Position numbers and translations under genes: made by a program. Positions 9,857 to 19,643 of a stretch of 64,000 bases of DNA are shown in pieces. The stretch's first letter is position 1, and the number at the start of each line of letters is the position of its first letter. This stretch comes from Clostridiales bacterium (lineage in GTDB: Bacteria > Bacillota > Clostridia > Christensenellales > CAG-138). The notes under the pieces were generated by a model. It was given only the letters and a program-made list of their open reading frames with translations, ran no database searches and was not told the DNA's origin. The stretch is from NCBI GenBank assembly GCA_004558525.1, contig SFCQ01000004.1, positions 117,742 to 181,741 on the forward strand, in the 5' to 3' direction.

Positions 9857-10843
9857 ATGCCACAGAACAGCGCGGTATACGCCGTTTCCCGCATACGCTC
9901 GCGTGAAAGGACGCTGTTTAACAGGGACGCAGTAAAAAGGCTTGCAGCCTCCTCCGCAAAAGAGGCGCTGCGCATGCTTATCGACGCCAACTACGGCGCA
10001 ATGCCGGACGCGAGCATACTCGATACGGACGCCATGATAGAAAGCGAGCTTGAAAGAACATACGAGCTTGTCAGGGAGGTTACGACCAAGCCCTCTCTTA
10101 CGGATATATTCTTCCTTGCGTCGGACATAACCAACCTTAAGCTTTATATAAAGCTCAGGATAACAGGCTCAAAGGAGACGCCGGCAGTCGCCAGGGGCGG
10201 CGTATACGAGCCGGCCGAGCTTAAGCGCATGGTTGAAAACGGCGACTATAAGGAGCTTCCCGGGGCAATAGCGGACGCGATGGCGGACATAGAGGCGGAC
10301 ATCGCCGCAGACCGTGTGGATCCGGCCATGATAAGCGTTAAGCTCGATCAAAGCTATATCGATCACGCAATAAGCAGCGGAGACGCTTTTATACAGGCCT
10401 ATTTCAAGGCCACGGCTGATTTTGACAACCTTATAGCCCTTGCAAGGCTTTCTGCGCTCAATGCGCCCGTGGAAAGGCTTAAAAAGCTTCTGCTGTCCGG
10501 CGGCGATATACCAAAGGAGCTTATTATAAAGCACTATCTTTCGCCAAGGGAGCAGCTTAGCAGGGAGCTGCCGGCGGGCCAGTTTAAGGAGCAGCTTAAG
10601 AAGGGGCTTGAGGAATACGCCTTAAGCTCAAACGCTATGGCGCTTGAAAGGGCAAGGGACAACGCGCTTATGCGCTTCGCCTCAAGGGGAAAGAACGAGA
10701 TAGACACCATTGCCCCCGTCATAGGCTTTTTGCTCGCAAAAAGGCAGGAGGCCAAGGTGATAAGGCTTATAATGACGGCGCTGAGGAACGGGCTGAGCGA
10801 AGAAGTTATAAACGAAAGGACGCGTGTGCTTTATGGCGAATGA
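9857..10843 (+). CDS. ntpC: V-type ATPase subunit C (eukaryotic d-like)
   Basis: 328 aa; the size and operon position match NtpC. Confidence 0.8.
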   Translation: MPQNSAVYAVSRIRSRERTLFNRDAVKRLAASSAKEALRMLIDANYGAMPDASILDTDAMIESELERTYELVREVTTKPSLTDIFFLASDITNLKLYIKLRITGSKETPAVARGGVYEPAELKRMVENGDYKELPGAIADAMADIEADIAADRVDPAMISVKLDQSYIDHAISSGDAFIQAYFKATADFDNLIALARLSALNAPVERLKKLLLSGGDIPKELIIKHYLSPREQLSRELPAGQFKEQLKKGLEEYALSSNAMALERARDNALMRFASRGKNEIDTIAPVIGFLLAKRQEAKVIRLIMTALRNGLSEEVINERTRVLYGE

Positions 10844-11159
10844 CAAGCATGAAATAGCCATGATAGGCGACAGGGACAGCATTTTGCTGGCAAAGGCGGC
10901 CGGACTTGCCGTTTTTCCCGAGGCTGACGGCGACGGCGCGTCAAAAAGGATACACAGGCTCGCCAGGGAAGGCGTAAAGGTGATATTCATAACCGAGCCT
11001 CTTTTTGCCCAGTGCGGCGAGGCTATAGAGCAATACAAGCAGGAATCTTTTCCGGCCATAATACCCATACCCGACTCCCACGGCAGCACGGGCGTGGCTA
11101 TGGCACAGATAAAGTCCAACGTCGAAAAGGCTATCGGCGCGGACATACTATTTTCATAA
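10833..11159 (+). CDS. ntpG: V-type ATPase subunit F (NtpG)
   Basis: About 108 aa, starting [24 protein letters not shown] (V-ATPase F-type IAVIGD motif). The start overlaps the ntpC stop. Confidence 0.8.
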   Translation: MANDKHEIAMIGDRDSILLAKAAGLAVFPEADGDGASKRIHRLAREGVKVIFITEPLFAQCGEAIEQYKQESFPAIIPIPDSHGSTGVAMAQIKSNVEKAIGADILFS

Positions 11160-11169
11160 GGAGCGGCAC

Positions 11170-12945
11170 ATGGCAACAAAAGGCACAATAATCAAGGTAT
11201 CCGGCCCCCTTATAGTGGCCGACGGCATGGCGGACGTGCAGATGTACGACGTGGTGCGCGTTAGTGAAAAAAAGCTTATAGGCGAAGTTATAGAGCTTCG
11301 TTCCGACCGCGCAAGTATTCAGGTATATGAAGAAACGGGCGGCATAGGCCCGGGCGAGCCGGTGGAATCCACAGGCGCTCCGTTAAGCGTTGAGCTTGCG
11401 CCCGGACTTATAGAGTCCATATATGACGGTATACAGCGCCCCCTTGACGTTATACGCGAGCGCGCGGGCGACAGGATAAACAGGGGCATCTCCGTAAACG
11501 CGATAGATCATGAAAAGCTTTGGAGCTTTGTTCCCACGGCAAGCATAGGCGATGAGCTTGGCGCGGGCGACGTGCTTGGCACCGTTCAGGAAAGCGAGGC
11601 CGTGCTTCATAAGATAATGGTGCCCTACGGCGTAAAGGGCAAGCTCAAGTGGATATTCTCCGGCGAAGCGAACGTGGTTACGCCTATAGCCAGGCTTGAA
11701 ACGGATGCCGGCGAGATTGAGCTGCCCATGCTGCAAAGGTGGCCCGTAAGAAAGGGCAGGCCCTATAAGGAAAAGCTTGCGCCCAACGAGCCTATGGTCA
11801 CCGGACAAAGGGTAATTGACACGCTTTTCCCCGTTGCAAAGGGCGGCGTCGCCGCAGTACCAGGCCCCTTTGGCAGCGGCAAAACGGTGGTTCAGCATCA
11901 GCTTGCAAAATGGGCTGACGCCGACATAATAGTATACGTCGGCTGCGGTGAGCGCGGCAACGAAATGACGGACGTGCTTATGGAGTTCCCCGAGCTTAAG
12001 GACCCGCGCACGGGCCTGAGCCTTATGAAGCGCACGGTGCTTATAGCCAACACCTCGGATATGCCAGTCGCCGCACGAGAGGCGAGCATATACACGGGCA
12101 TAACCATTGCGGAATACTTCAGGGATATGGGCTACAAGGTGGCCATAATGGCGGACTCCACCAGCCGCTGGGCCGAGGCTTTGAGAGAGATGAGCGGCAG
12201 GCTTGAGGAAATGCCGGGCGAGGAGGGCTATCCCGCGTATCTTTCAAGCAGGCTTGCCGAGTTCTATGAAAGGGCCGGCTGCGTAAAGGCCCTTGGCAAG
12301 GAGGGAAGGACCGGCGCCATAACCGCGATAGGCGCGGTTTCACCCCCGGGCGGAGATATAAGCGAGCCGGTATCGCAGGCAACGCTCAGAATAGTTAAGG
12401 TATACTGGGGACTTTCAAGCAAGCTTGCCTATGCGCGCCATTTCCCGGCAATAGACTGGCTGCAAAGCTATTCATTGTACACCGACAGGCTTGAAGGCTG
12501 GTTCGATAAAAACGTAAGCTCGCAGTGGGCGTCGCTGGTAAGGAAAACCATGACCCTTCTGCAGGAGGAAAGCGAGCTTGAGGAGATAGTGCGCCTTGTG
12601 GGTATAGACGCGCTCAGCTTTAACGACAGGCTGAAGCTTGAGGCGGCGCGCTCCATAAGGGAGGACTATCTGCACCAGAACGCATTCCATGAGGTGGATA
12701 CATATACATCCCCCGAAAAGCAGTGCATGATGCTCAAGACCATACTGAGCTATTACGATATGGGTTCCGAGGCGCTTGAAAACGGCGCAAGCTTTGCAAG
12801 GCTTGCTTCCCTGCCTGTAAGGGAGGCTATAGGCCGCTTTAAGTACGTTCCCGAAAACGAGGCGAAGAGCCGCTTTGACGAGATAATGGCAGAGCTTGGT
12901 TCCCAGATCCGCAGCCTGACAGACGGAGGTAACGAAGATGCATAA
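11170..12945 (+). CDS. ntpA: V-type ATPase catalytic subunit A
   Basis: 591 aa with Walker [10 protein letters not shown], plus ...CGERGNEMT... and ...[10 protein letters not shown]... signatures of A subunits. Confidence 0.97.
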   Translation: MATKGTIIKVSGPLIVADGMADVQMYDVVRVSEKKLIGEVIELRSDRASIQVYEETGGIGPGEPVESTGAPLSVELAPGLIESIYDGIQRPLDVIRERAGDRINRGISVNAIDHEKLWSFVPTASIGDELGAGDVLGTVQESEAVLHKIMVPYGVKGKLKWIFSGEANVVTPIARLETDAGEIELPMLQRWPVRKGRPYKEKLAPNEPMVTGQRVIDTLFPVAKGGVAAVPGPFGSGKTVVQHQLAKWADADIIVYVGCGERGNEMTDVLMEFPELKDPRTGLSLMKRTVLIANTSDMPVAAREASIYTGITIAEYFRDMGYKVAIMADSTSRWAEALREMSGRLEEMPGEEGYPAYLSSRLAEFYERAGCVKALGKEGRTGAITAIGAVSPPGGDISEPVSQATLRIVKVYWGLSSKLAYARHFPAIDWLQSYSLYTDRLEGWFDKNVSSQWASLVRKTMTLLQEESELEEIVRLVGIDALSFNDRLKLEAARSIREDYLHQNAFHEVDTYTSPEKQCMMLKTILSYYDMGSEALENGASFARLASLPVREAIGRFKYVPENEAKSRFDEIMAELGSQIRSLTDGGNEDA

Positions 12946-14317
12946 GGAATACCGCACAATAAAGGAAGTCGTAGGCCCTCTTATGATGGTAGAAGGCGTA
13001 GAGGGCGTAAAGTACGACGAGCTTGTTGAGATTGAGCAATCCAACGGAGAGATAAGAAGGGGCCGCGTGCTGGAAATAAACCGGGACAAGGCGCTGCTGC
13101 AGCTTTTTGAAGGCTCGCAGGGCCTTAGGATAAGCGACTCCAAGGCGCGCTTTTTGGGACACAGCATAGAGCTTGCCGTAGCTCCCGATATGCTCGGCCG
13201 CGTTTTTGACGGCATGGGCAGGCCAAAGGACGACGGAGAGCCGCTCATCGCCGAAAAGAGAATGGATATAAACGGCGCGCCTATAAATCCGGCCGCAAGG
13301 GACTACCCTTCCGAATTTATACAGACGGGCATAAGCGCGATAGACGGGCTTAACACGCTGGTCAGGGGGCAGAAGCTGCCCGTGTTCTCAGGCTCCGGCC
13401 TTCCTCATGCGCAGCTTGCGGCGCAGATAGCGCGTCAGGCCAGGGTGCTTGGCGCGGACGAAAGCTTCGCCGTCGTTTTTGCCGCCGTAGGCATAACGTT
13501 TGAAGAAGCCGACTTCTTCATAAACGATTTCCGCTCCACCGGCGCCATAGACAGGACGGTCACCTTCGTAAACCTTGCAAACGATCCGGCAATAGAGCGT
13601 ATAGCCACGCCGCGTATGGCTATAACCGCCGCGGAGTATCTTGCATACGACCTTGGCATGCATGTGCTTGTAATAATAACGGACATAACCAACTATGCCG
13701 AGGCCCTGCGCGAGGTTTCCGCCGCGCGTAAGGAGGTGCCTGGCCGCAGGGGCTACCCGGGCTATCTTTATACCGACCTTGCCACCATGTATGAGCGCGC
13801 AGGCAGGATAAAGGGCAGCAAGGGCTCCATAACCATGATACCCATACTTTCCATGCCGGAGGATGACATAACCCACCCGATACCCGACCTTACCGGCTAC
13901 ATAACGGAAGGGCAGATTATACTTTCAAGGGAGCTTAACAGAAGGGGCGTGACCCCGCCCATAAACGTTTTGCCCTCGCTTAGCCGCCTTAAGGACAAGG
14001 GCATAGGCCGCGGCAAAACCAGGGAGGACCATGCGGACACGATGAACCAGCTCTTCGCCGCCTATTCAAGGGGTAAGGACGCAAAGGAGCTTGCCGTTAT
14101 ATTGGGCGACGCCGCGCTTTCCGATACGGATAAGCTTTACGCCAAATTTGCCGACGCCTTTGAGGACGAGTATGTTTCGCAGGGCTATTATACCAACAGG
14201 CCCATAGAGGAAACGCTCGATATAGGCTGGCGGCTCCTCAGCATATTGCCGAGGACTGAGCTTAAGCGCATAAAGGATGAATATCTTGACAAGTATCTTC
14301 CAAAGGCGGAGCAGTAA
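12938..14317 (+). CDS. ntpB: V-type ATPase subunit B
   Basis: 459 aa. ...[25 protein letters not shown]... is typical of V/A-type B subunits. Confidence 0.97.
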   Translation: MHKEYRTIKEVVGPLMMVEGVEGVKYDELVEIEQSNGEIRRGRVLEINRDKALLQLFEGSQGLRISDSKARFLGHSIELAVAPDMLGRVFDGMGRPKDDGEPLIAEKRMDINGAPINPAARDYPSEFIQTGISAIDGLNTLVRGQKLPVFSGSGLPHAQLAAQIARQARVLGADESFAVVFAAVGITFEEADFFINDFRSTGAIDRTVTFVNLANDPAIERIATPRMAITAAEYLAYDLGMHVLVIITDITNYAEALREVSAARKEVPGRRGYPGYLYTDLATMYERAGRIKGSKGSITMIPILSMPEDDITHPIPDLTGYITEGQIILSRELNRRGVTPPINVLPSLSRLKDKGIGRGKTREDHADTMNQLFAAYSRGKDAKELAVILGDAALSDTDKLYAKFADAFEDEYVSQGYYTNRPIEETLDIGWRLLSILPRTELKRIKDEYLDKYLPKAEQ

Positions 14318-14338
14318 ATATCCCAAAGGAGACGTAAT

Positions 14339-14971
14339 ATGGCTGCATTGCAGGTAAAGCCCACGAGAATGGAGCTTTCCAACCTCAAAAAGAAAAAGAA
14401 GGTCGCCGTTCGCGGTCATAAGCTGATGAAGGATAAGCGCGACGAGATGGTGCGCCGCTTCATAATCTATGTAAGGCGAAACAAGGAGCTTAGGGAGCAG
14501 GTAGAGGCTAAGCTTGGCGAAGCCATGCAGAGCTTTGTGCTTGCGCGCGCCAGCATGAGCAATGAGGATATAGAGGAGGCGCTGTGCTACCCCGCGCGTC
14601 CCGCCGAGATAGAGGTATCCAGCCAGCACGTTTTAAGCGTTCAGGCGCCAAAGCTTGAGCTTAAGGAAACGGGCGGCGCGATAGAGCTCCCCTACGGCAT
14701 TGCCACGACCAGCGCCGAGCTTGACGGCGCGGTGAAGCAGTTCAGCGAGCTTCTTCCGCTTTTGATAGAGCTTGCGGAGGTTGAAAAGATATGCAACCGC
14801 CTTGCGGACGAGATTGAAAAGACCCGCAGGCGCGTGAACGCGCTTGAATACGTCATGATACCCCAGTTTGACGAGGCGATACACACCATAACCATGAAGC
14901 TTGACGAAAACGAGCGCGGCAACCTGACAAGGTTGATGAAAACAAAGGATATGCTGGCAAACAAGCAATAA
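14339..14971 (+). CDS. ntpD: V-type ATPase subunit D (central stalk)
   Basis: 210 aa. The MAALQVKPTRMELSNLKKK...RGHKLMKDKRDE start is typical of subunit D. Confidence 0.9.
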   Translation: MAALQVKPTRMELSNLKKKKKVAVRGHKLMKDKRDEMVRRFIIYVRRNKELREQVEAKLGEAMQSFVLARASMSNEDIEEALCYPARPAEIEVSSQHVLSVQAPKLELKETGGAIELPYGIATTSAELDGAVKQFSELLPLLIELAEVEKICNRLADEIEKTRRRVNALEYVMIPQFDEAIHTITMKLDENERGNLTRLMKTKDMLANKQ

Positions 14972-15003
14972 AACGGATCAACGCAAATATAGCTGAAACA
15001 AAA

Positions 15004-15028
15004 GCGGCTGCCGTATTACGGCAGCCGT
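15004..15028 (-). terminator. Terminator hairpin between convergent ntpD and rpsR (T-run on the minus strand)
   Basis: CGGCTGCCG-TATTA-CGGCAGCCG. The minus-strand reading is followed by CTTTTGTTT. Confidence 0.65.
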
Positions 15029-15082
15029 TACTAACGCTCTTCGCTTGTTGTTAGATAGTTTTAATAAGCTGTCCCGTTCGCC

Positions 15083-15328
15083 TTAGTCAGCCACATAGGG
15101 CATAAGGGCGACCTGACGGGCGCGCTTTATCGCCACAGCCAGCTCACGCTGATGCTTGGCGCATACGCCGCTCATCCTGCGGGGCATTATCTTGCCGCGC
15201 TCGGTGGTGAACTTACGCAGGCGGTTCACGTCCTTGTAATCTATATGTTCCACCTTATCGGCGCAGAAGGCACAAACCTTACGGCGGCCCTTGCGGGGAC
15301 GGGGCTTCATGGTCCTACGCTCTTCCAT
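15083..15328 (-). CDS. rpsR: 30S ribosomal protein S18
   Basis: 81 aa; [54 protein letters not shown]. Confidence 0.97.
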   Translation of the reverse strand: MEERRTMKPRPRKGRRKVCAFCADKVEHIDYKDVNRLRKFTTERGKIMPRRMSGVCAKHQRELAVAIKRARQVALMPYVAD

Positions 15329-15367
15329 GATGAAGTATCTCCTTTCAAAAGTTTGACTGCGGCTGCA

Positions 15368-15796
15368 TCAGAACGGCAGCGCGTCATCGTCTATATCAAC
15401 AAATCCGTCGGGAGCCTGCGGAGCCGTCCGCTCGCCCCTGGGGGCGAAGTCGCTTCCGGCGCCTGAAGCATCCCTGTCGCGAGGAGTGAGGAACTCGACC
15501 TCATCCGCGACTATCTCGGTCACATAACGCTTGGTGCCGTCCTTAGCGTCATACGAGCGGTTCTGAAGCTCGCCCGTTACGCAAACCTTGCGGCCCTTAG
15601 CAAGGTACCTTCCGCACAGCTCTGCAAGCTGCCTCCAGACAACTATGTTGAAGAAGTCCGTCTGCGCTTCGCCTGTGTTCTTATCCTTGAAACGGCGGTT
15701 AACGGCAACGGAGAACGTGCATACGTTCGTGCCGCCGGTAGTCTGCCGCATTTCCGGATCCTTGGTCAGATTGCCTATAAGAATGACTTTATTCAT
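15368..15796 (-). CDS. ssb: Single-stranded DNA-binding protein
   Basis: 142 aa. MNKVILIGNLTKDPE.R.T..G....FSVAVNR...... begins an OB fold, and the acidic tail ends DDDALPF. Confidence 0.97.
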   Translation of the reverse strand: MNKVILIGNLTKDPEMRQTTGGTNVCTFSVAVNRRFKDKNTGEAQTDFFNIVVWRQLAELCGRYLAKGRKVCVTGELQNRSYDAKDGTKRYVTEIVADEVEFLTPRDRDASGAGSDFAPRGERTAPQAPDGFVDIDDDALPF

Positions 15797-15826
15797 TGCG
15801 TTACGACCTTTCTTTTACGCGCTTTT

Positions 15827-16114
15827 TCAGCCGTCCTGACGAACGACGAGAAAACGGAGAATGCTTTCATCGTTGTTCAGGTTACGCTCAAGCTCCCTTG
15901 GAAGCTCGGGGTTGCCTTGGAACGTAGTCAGCACATAGTAACCCTCGGTCTTGTAGTCGATGGGGTAGGCCAGACGGCGGCGGCCCCATTCGTCCACCTT
16001 CTCGATCTCACCGCCATTGGCGGAGATAATGCCGGAATACTTTTCGACAATACCCTTCATGGCCTCATCTTCAAGCTCCGGCGTGATCACATACATAGCT
16101 TCGTACTTTTTCAC
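15827..16114 (-). CDS. rpsF: 30S ribosomal protein S6
   Basis: KKYEAMYVITPELEDE...WGRRRLAYPI. I prefer the second GTG (16114), which lies 8 nt after AGGAGG, over the ORF-track start at 16123. Confidence 0.93.
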   Translation of the reverse strand: MKKYEAMYVITPELEDEAMKGIVEKYSGIISANGGEIEKVDEWGRRRLAYPIDYKTEGYYVLTTFQGNPELPRELERNLNNDESILRFLVVRQDG

Positions 16115-16439
16115 GCTTTTCACCTCCTTATGGTCTTATGGCGCCGCAAAAACGGCGCAAGAAGCACGTTAGCAACATATTATAACATGCAAAAAACAAA
16201 GCCGCAATAGGGATATCAACTAAAAATCAAGCATTTTCATAATATCTGCGGCAATACCCAAAACGGTCCATTATTCTCCACAACAGACCTCCTTATCCTT
16301 TTTTCTCATATATTAGAGCTTCGCAATGCCGGTATCAACTAATTTAATATTTTTCCACCATTATTGTTTTTAGTCCAAGCATACTAAGAGTGAAAAGAGG
16401 TGATGGTATAGTGAACTTCGGCAACAAGCTTAAACAGCT

Positions 16440-16552
16440 AAAGTACGAAAACCTTTGGGCTTTCATCCGTTCTGACGTGCATGCCGTCAGAGCCGGAATA
16501 AAGCTTAATGGGCAGCCGCCCCTTAACAACCCCAGGGTTTTTCGACAGGCTG
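16440..16552 (+). repeat. Family-1 structured repeat, 5'-truncated copy (right-hand ~113 bp)
   Basis: Near-identical to 62458-62567: AAAGTACGAAAACC..GGGYTTTCATCCGTTCTGACGTGCATGCCGTCAGAGCCGGAATAAAGCTTAA.GGGCAGCCGCCCCTTAACAACCCC.GGGTTT.TCGACA. Confidence 0.85.
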
Positions 16553-16672
16553 AGATTATCTTCTTGGGCTTGACAAAGCCGACGTCGCCCCGCTCCGCTC
16601 TGTCGCGCAAAGATTGAGGGAGAAAAGGGGATAAGCCTGTTTTTGTTCAAGCAAAGGCATAGCATATGATCA

Positions 16673-17446
16673 TCATTTATCCTCAGCGTCAGCTTTATCC
16701 GCCGCATCCTCATTTGTTGAGTTAAGGTAGTTCATTATGCCCTTGGCGGCGCCCTGCATCATTTTGTTCATGTGCTCCTCGCTCAGCAGCAGCTTTTCAT
16801 CCGTGCTGTTGGAAAGGAAGCCGCATTCCAGTATCACCGCCGGCGGCTCGCTGTGCTTTAATATGAAATAATCGCCCGGGTTAACATGCCTGAGCGGGCG
16901 GTCAATAGCCTCGCATACGCCGTCAAGCACGCATTTGGCAAGCGCCTCGCCGGCATCATCTCCTTTTATATAGAATGCCATCGGGCCGGAAACGGACCTG
17001 TCGCGGAATTTGTTCATGTGTATGCTCACAACTATGTCCGCATTGCAGCCGTTCATTATCGCCTTGCGCGCCGCCATGTCCTCTTTTTTGTCTGCGCTTA
17101 TGGCGTTCTCGTCCTCCCTTGTAAGCACGACGCTGACGCCCATCGCCTCAAGCTGCTGCTTTAGCGCCTTTGCATAGTTCAGGTTTATGCCTGCCTCGGG
17201 CGTACCCGTGTCTATGCCCACGGCGCCGCCGTCAGGCTCGCCATGCCCGGGGTCAAGCACCACCGTGAATCTGATCTCCTCCTCGTCCGATAGCTGCCCG
17301 TCAGGGCTTGGCAGAGGCTCATCAAGCGTATTCAGCCGTTTTTCTCTTTTGACGAACAATACAATTATCAGCGCGCAGAATAACAGCGCGGCCAATCCTG
17401 TCCCCAGCAGACGGACTGCCTTCTTCATTTTTGCCTGAATCGCCAT
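16673..17446 (-). CDS. cwlD: N-acetylmuramoyl-L-alanine amidase (Amidase_3), CwlD-like
   Basis: 257 aa with an N-terminal TM. VVLDPGHGEPDGGAVG matches the CwlD LDPGHGGPDGGAVG motif, plus ...SIHMN... and ECGFLSN. Confidence 0.7.
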   Translation of the reverse strand: MAIQAKMKKAVRLLGTGLAALLFCALIIVLFVKREKRLNTLDEPLPSPDGQLSDEEEIRFTVVLDPGHGEPDGGAVGIDTGTPEAGINLNYAKALKQQLEAMGVSVVLTREDENAISADKKEDMAARKAIMNGCNADIVVSIHMNKFRDRSVSGPMAFYIKGDDAGEALAKCVLDGVCEAIDRPLRHVNPGDYFILKHSEPPAVILECGFLSNSTDEKLLLSEEHMNKMMQGAAKGIMNYLNSTNEDAADKADAEDK

Positions 17447-17591
17447 AATATCACCTCATAGAGAACGTATTCCGCTCAAGCTGAGCTTATGCCATATTTT
17501 GGAGGCGTATTATTTCTTTGGGTGTATAAAAAAGTCTTTGGCGCTTTATTTTTGGTTTTTTCGATGCATATTATTGCCTTAAAAATGTTAG

Positions 17592-17671
17592 TTGTCCACA
17601 TTGTCCACATACTTATCCACAGTTCTGCCCCTTATAAGGCGGCATTTTACCATTTTTCCACATAATCCACA
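17592..17671 (+). promoter_or_regulatory. Cluster of five same-orientation DnaA boxes
   Basis: TTGTCCACA (17592-17600), TTGTCCACA (17601-17609), TTATCCACA (17613-17621), TTTTCCACA (17654-17662), TAATCCACA (17663-17671). Consensus is TTATCCACA. Confidence 0.75.
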
Positions 17672-17854
17672 CATGCATCGTTTTGCATTAACCACACGGC
17701 TCTCCTGCAACTCATATGCGCATAAACGCCTGTTTTATGCCCAAGGTTTGGCTGTTATTTTATTATCAATCATAACATGCTGTGTGCGCATGCTGCGGAC
17801 AAGCGCCGTTGGGCGCTATTTTTGCCGAAAATGGGCGTGTTCGGGCATTTTTCT

Positions 17855-17884
17855 TTGACATTGGATATATGTAGATGCTAAAAT
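17855..17884 (+). promoter_or_regulatory. Candidate sigma-A promoter with extended -10 (TTGACA-N18-TGcTAAAAT) for the carD-like gene
   Basis: Hexamers at 17855-17860 and 17879-17884, with TG at -15/-14. Confidence 0.45.
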
Positions 17885-17968
17885 ATATTTGTAACAGACT
17901 GATTCTTTTTTTGACAACCGCTTTTATCCATTTGTGACTGCCGACCCACGGCGAAGGGAAGGAAGGCT

Positions 17969-18430
17969 ATGTTTTGCGTAGGCGAAAAAATATGCTACCC
18001 CATGCATGGCATAGGGGAAATTGAAGGCATTGAGGAAAGAACGGTGTTGGGTATTACCGCGCAGTATTATCTGCTGCGTTTTACAAAGGGGCGCATGAGC
18101 GCGATGGTGCCTGTTGAGTCCGCCGGCCGCATAGGCTTAAGGCGGCTTATCAGCAGGGAAGAATGTGATAAAGTAATAGCTTATATGAGGACCGAGCCTG
18201 AAGCGGAAGCGGAGAACTGGAACAGGCGATATCGTGAAAATTGTGAAAAACTGCGCAGGGGGGATATATATGCGGTCGCCGATGTGGTAAAATGCTTAAG
18301 CAGAAGGGATGAAAAGCGCGGCTTGTCCGCAGGCGAAAGGAAGATGCTCGTTACCGCAAGAAGGCTGCTCAGCGAGGAGCTGTCCGAGGTTTCCGGCATA
18401 GATGCGGGCGAGCTTATGCTCTCTTTATAG
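17969..18430 (+). CDS. carD: CarD/CdnL-family RNA-polymerase-binding transcription factor
   Basis: 153 aa. The F.VGEKI.YPMHGIGEIEGIEER.VLG....YY.LRF N-terminal domain is typical of CarD_CdnL_TRCF. Confidence 0.8.
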   Translation: MFCVGEKICYPMHGIGEIEGIEERTVLGITAQYYLLRFTKGRMSAMVPVESAGRIGLRRLISREECDKVIAYMRTEPEAEAENWNRRYRENCEKLRRGDIYAVADVVKCLSRRDEKRGLSAGERKMLVTARRLLSEELSEVSGIDAGELMLSL

Positions 18431-18554
18431 GCCATTATGAGCCGGCGGCTGTATTTATCTGTACGGCATCATGTGGGCGTGCGTGTCGCGTCCGCTTTGA
18501 TATATATTATAAAATATAAAATCAAACCCTATCAAGTATGGAGGTGAAGCTCTT

Positions 18555-19610
18555 TTGGCTAAAAAGTTGGCGCGCATCATTATTGCTATAGTGGGCGCGG
18601 GGATAGGCGCCTTTGCAATGGCGGGCATTGATAAGCTGTTGGCGCTTGCCAATATGCTTCCGCTGCACGAGGCTATGTATTTTGCCGGGGCAATCGTATT
18701 CGCAATCATATTTTTTATCATAGCGCCCCAAATAATAGCCGCGTTTTCACGCTTTATAGCCGCCGCAGAAAGCAAGCTTAGCGATATGTCCCTTTCGGAC
18801 ATATTCTTTGGGGTGGTAGGCCTTGTTGTAGGCCTTGTCATAGCGCTTTTGTTAAGCACGCTTACAGCAAGCCTGCCCTGGTGGCTCAAGCTTTCCATAA
18901 ACATATTGCTTTACTGCACGTTTGGCTACCTTGGCTGCGCTATCGTGCTGAAAAGAAGGGGGGAGATAAACATCCCCACCTGGTTCAGGCGCACCGGAAA
19001 GCTGAGCAAAAGCAGCGTCGCAAGGCCCAAGATACTGGATACGTCCGTTATAATAGACGGCAGGATAGCCGACATATGCAGTACCGGCATAATGGAAGGC
19101 ACGATAGTCGTTCCCGCATTTGTGCTTGCCGAGCTTAGGCATATTGCGGACAGTGCGGATGCGCTCAAGCGCAACCGCGGCAGGAGGGGGCTTGACATAC
19201 TTAACAGAATGCAGCAGGAGCAGGACATTCCGATTAAAGTAGTCAATACCGATTATGACGACATACAGGAGGTCGACGCCAAGCTTATAAAGCTTGCTTA
19301 CGATATGAACGGCGTGGTGGTGACTAACGACTACAACCTCAACAAGGTCGCCGGGGTGCAAAGGGTGCCGGTTTTCAACATAAACGAGCTTGCAAACGCG
19401 ATAAAGCCCGTTGTGCTGCCGGGCGAGGAGATGCGGCTGACGATAGTTAAGGAAGGCAAGGAGCTTGGCCAGGGCGTAGGCTACCTTAACGACGGCACGA
19501 TGATAGTTGTTGACGGCGGCAAGCGCTACCTTGGCGAGGACGTTACCGTTATAGTAACAAGCGCGCTGCAAACGGCGGCGGGCAGAATGATATTTGCAAA
19601 GCTTAAATAG
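18555..19610 (+). CDS. yacL: PIN/TRAM-domain membrane protein (YacL family)
   Basis: 351 aa with four N-terminal TM helices. A PIN domain (KILDTSVIIDGRI...VVTNDYNLNKVA) is followed by a C-terminal TRAM-like beta domain. Confidence 0.8.
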   Translation: MAKKLARIIIAIVGAGIGAFAMAGIDKLLALANMLPLHEAMYFAGAIVFAIIFFIIAPQIIAAFSRFIAAAESKLSDMSLSDIFFGVVGLVVGLVIALLLSTLTASLPWWLKLSINILLYCTFGYLGCAIVLKRRGEINIPTWFRRTGKLSKSSVARPKILDTSVIIDGRIADICSTGIMEGTIVVPAFVLAELRHIADSADALKRNRGRRGLDILNRMQQEQDIPIKVVNTDYDDIQEVDAKLIKLAYDMNGVVVTNDYNLNKVAGVQRVPVFNINELANAIKPVVLPGEEMRLTIVKEGKELGQGVGYLNDGTMIVVDGGKRYLGEDVTVIVTSALQTAAGRMIFAKLK

Positions 19611-19643
19611 GCTTTAAGCACAGCGGAGCGAAAGGAGCATTAC

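Noticed and set aside
17592-17858. 88-aa plus-strand ORF in the cwlD/carD intergenic region.
   Set aside because: Its N-terminus (STLSTYLST) is simply the translation of the tandem DnaA boxes. It has no ribosome-binding site and an implausible composition.
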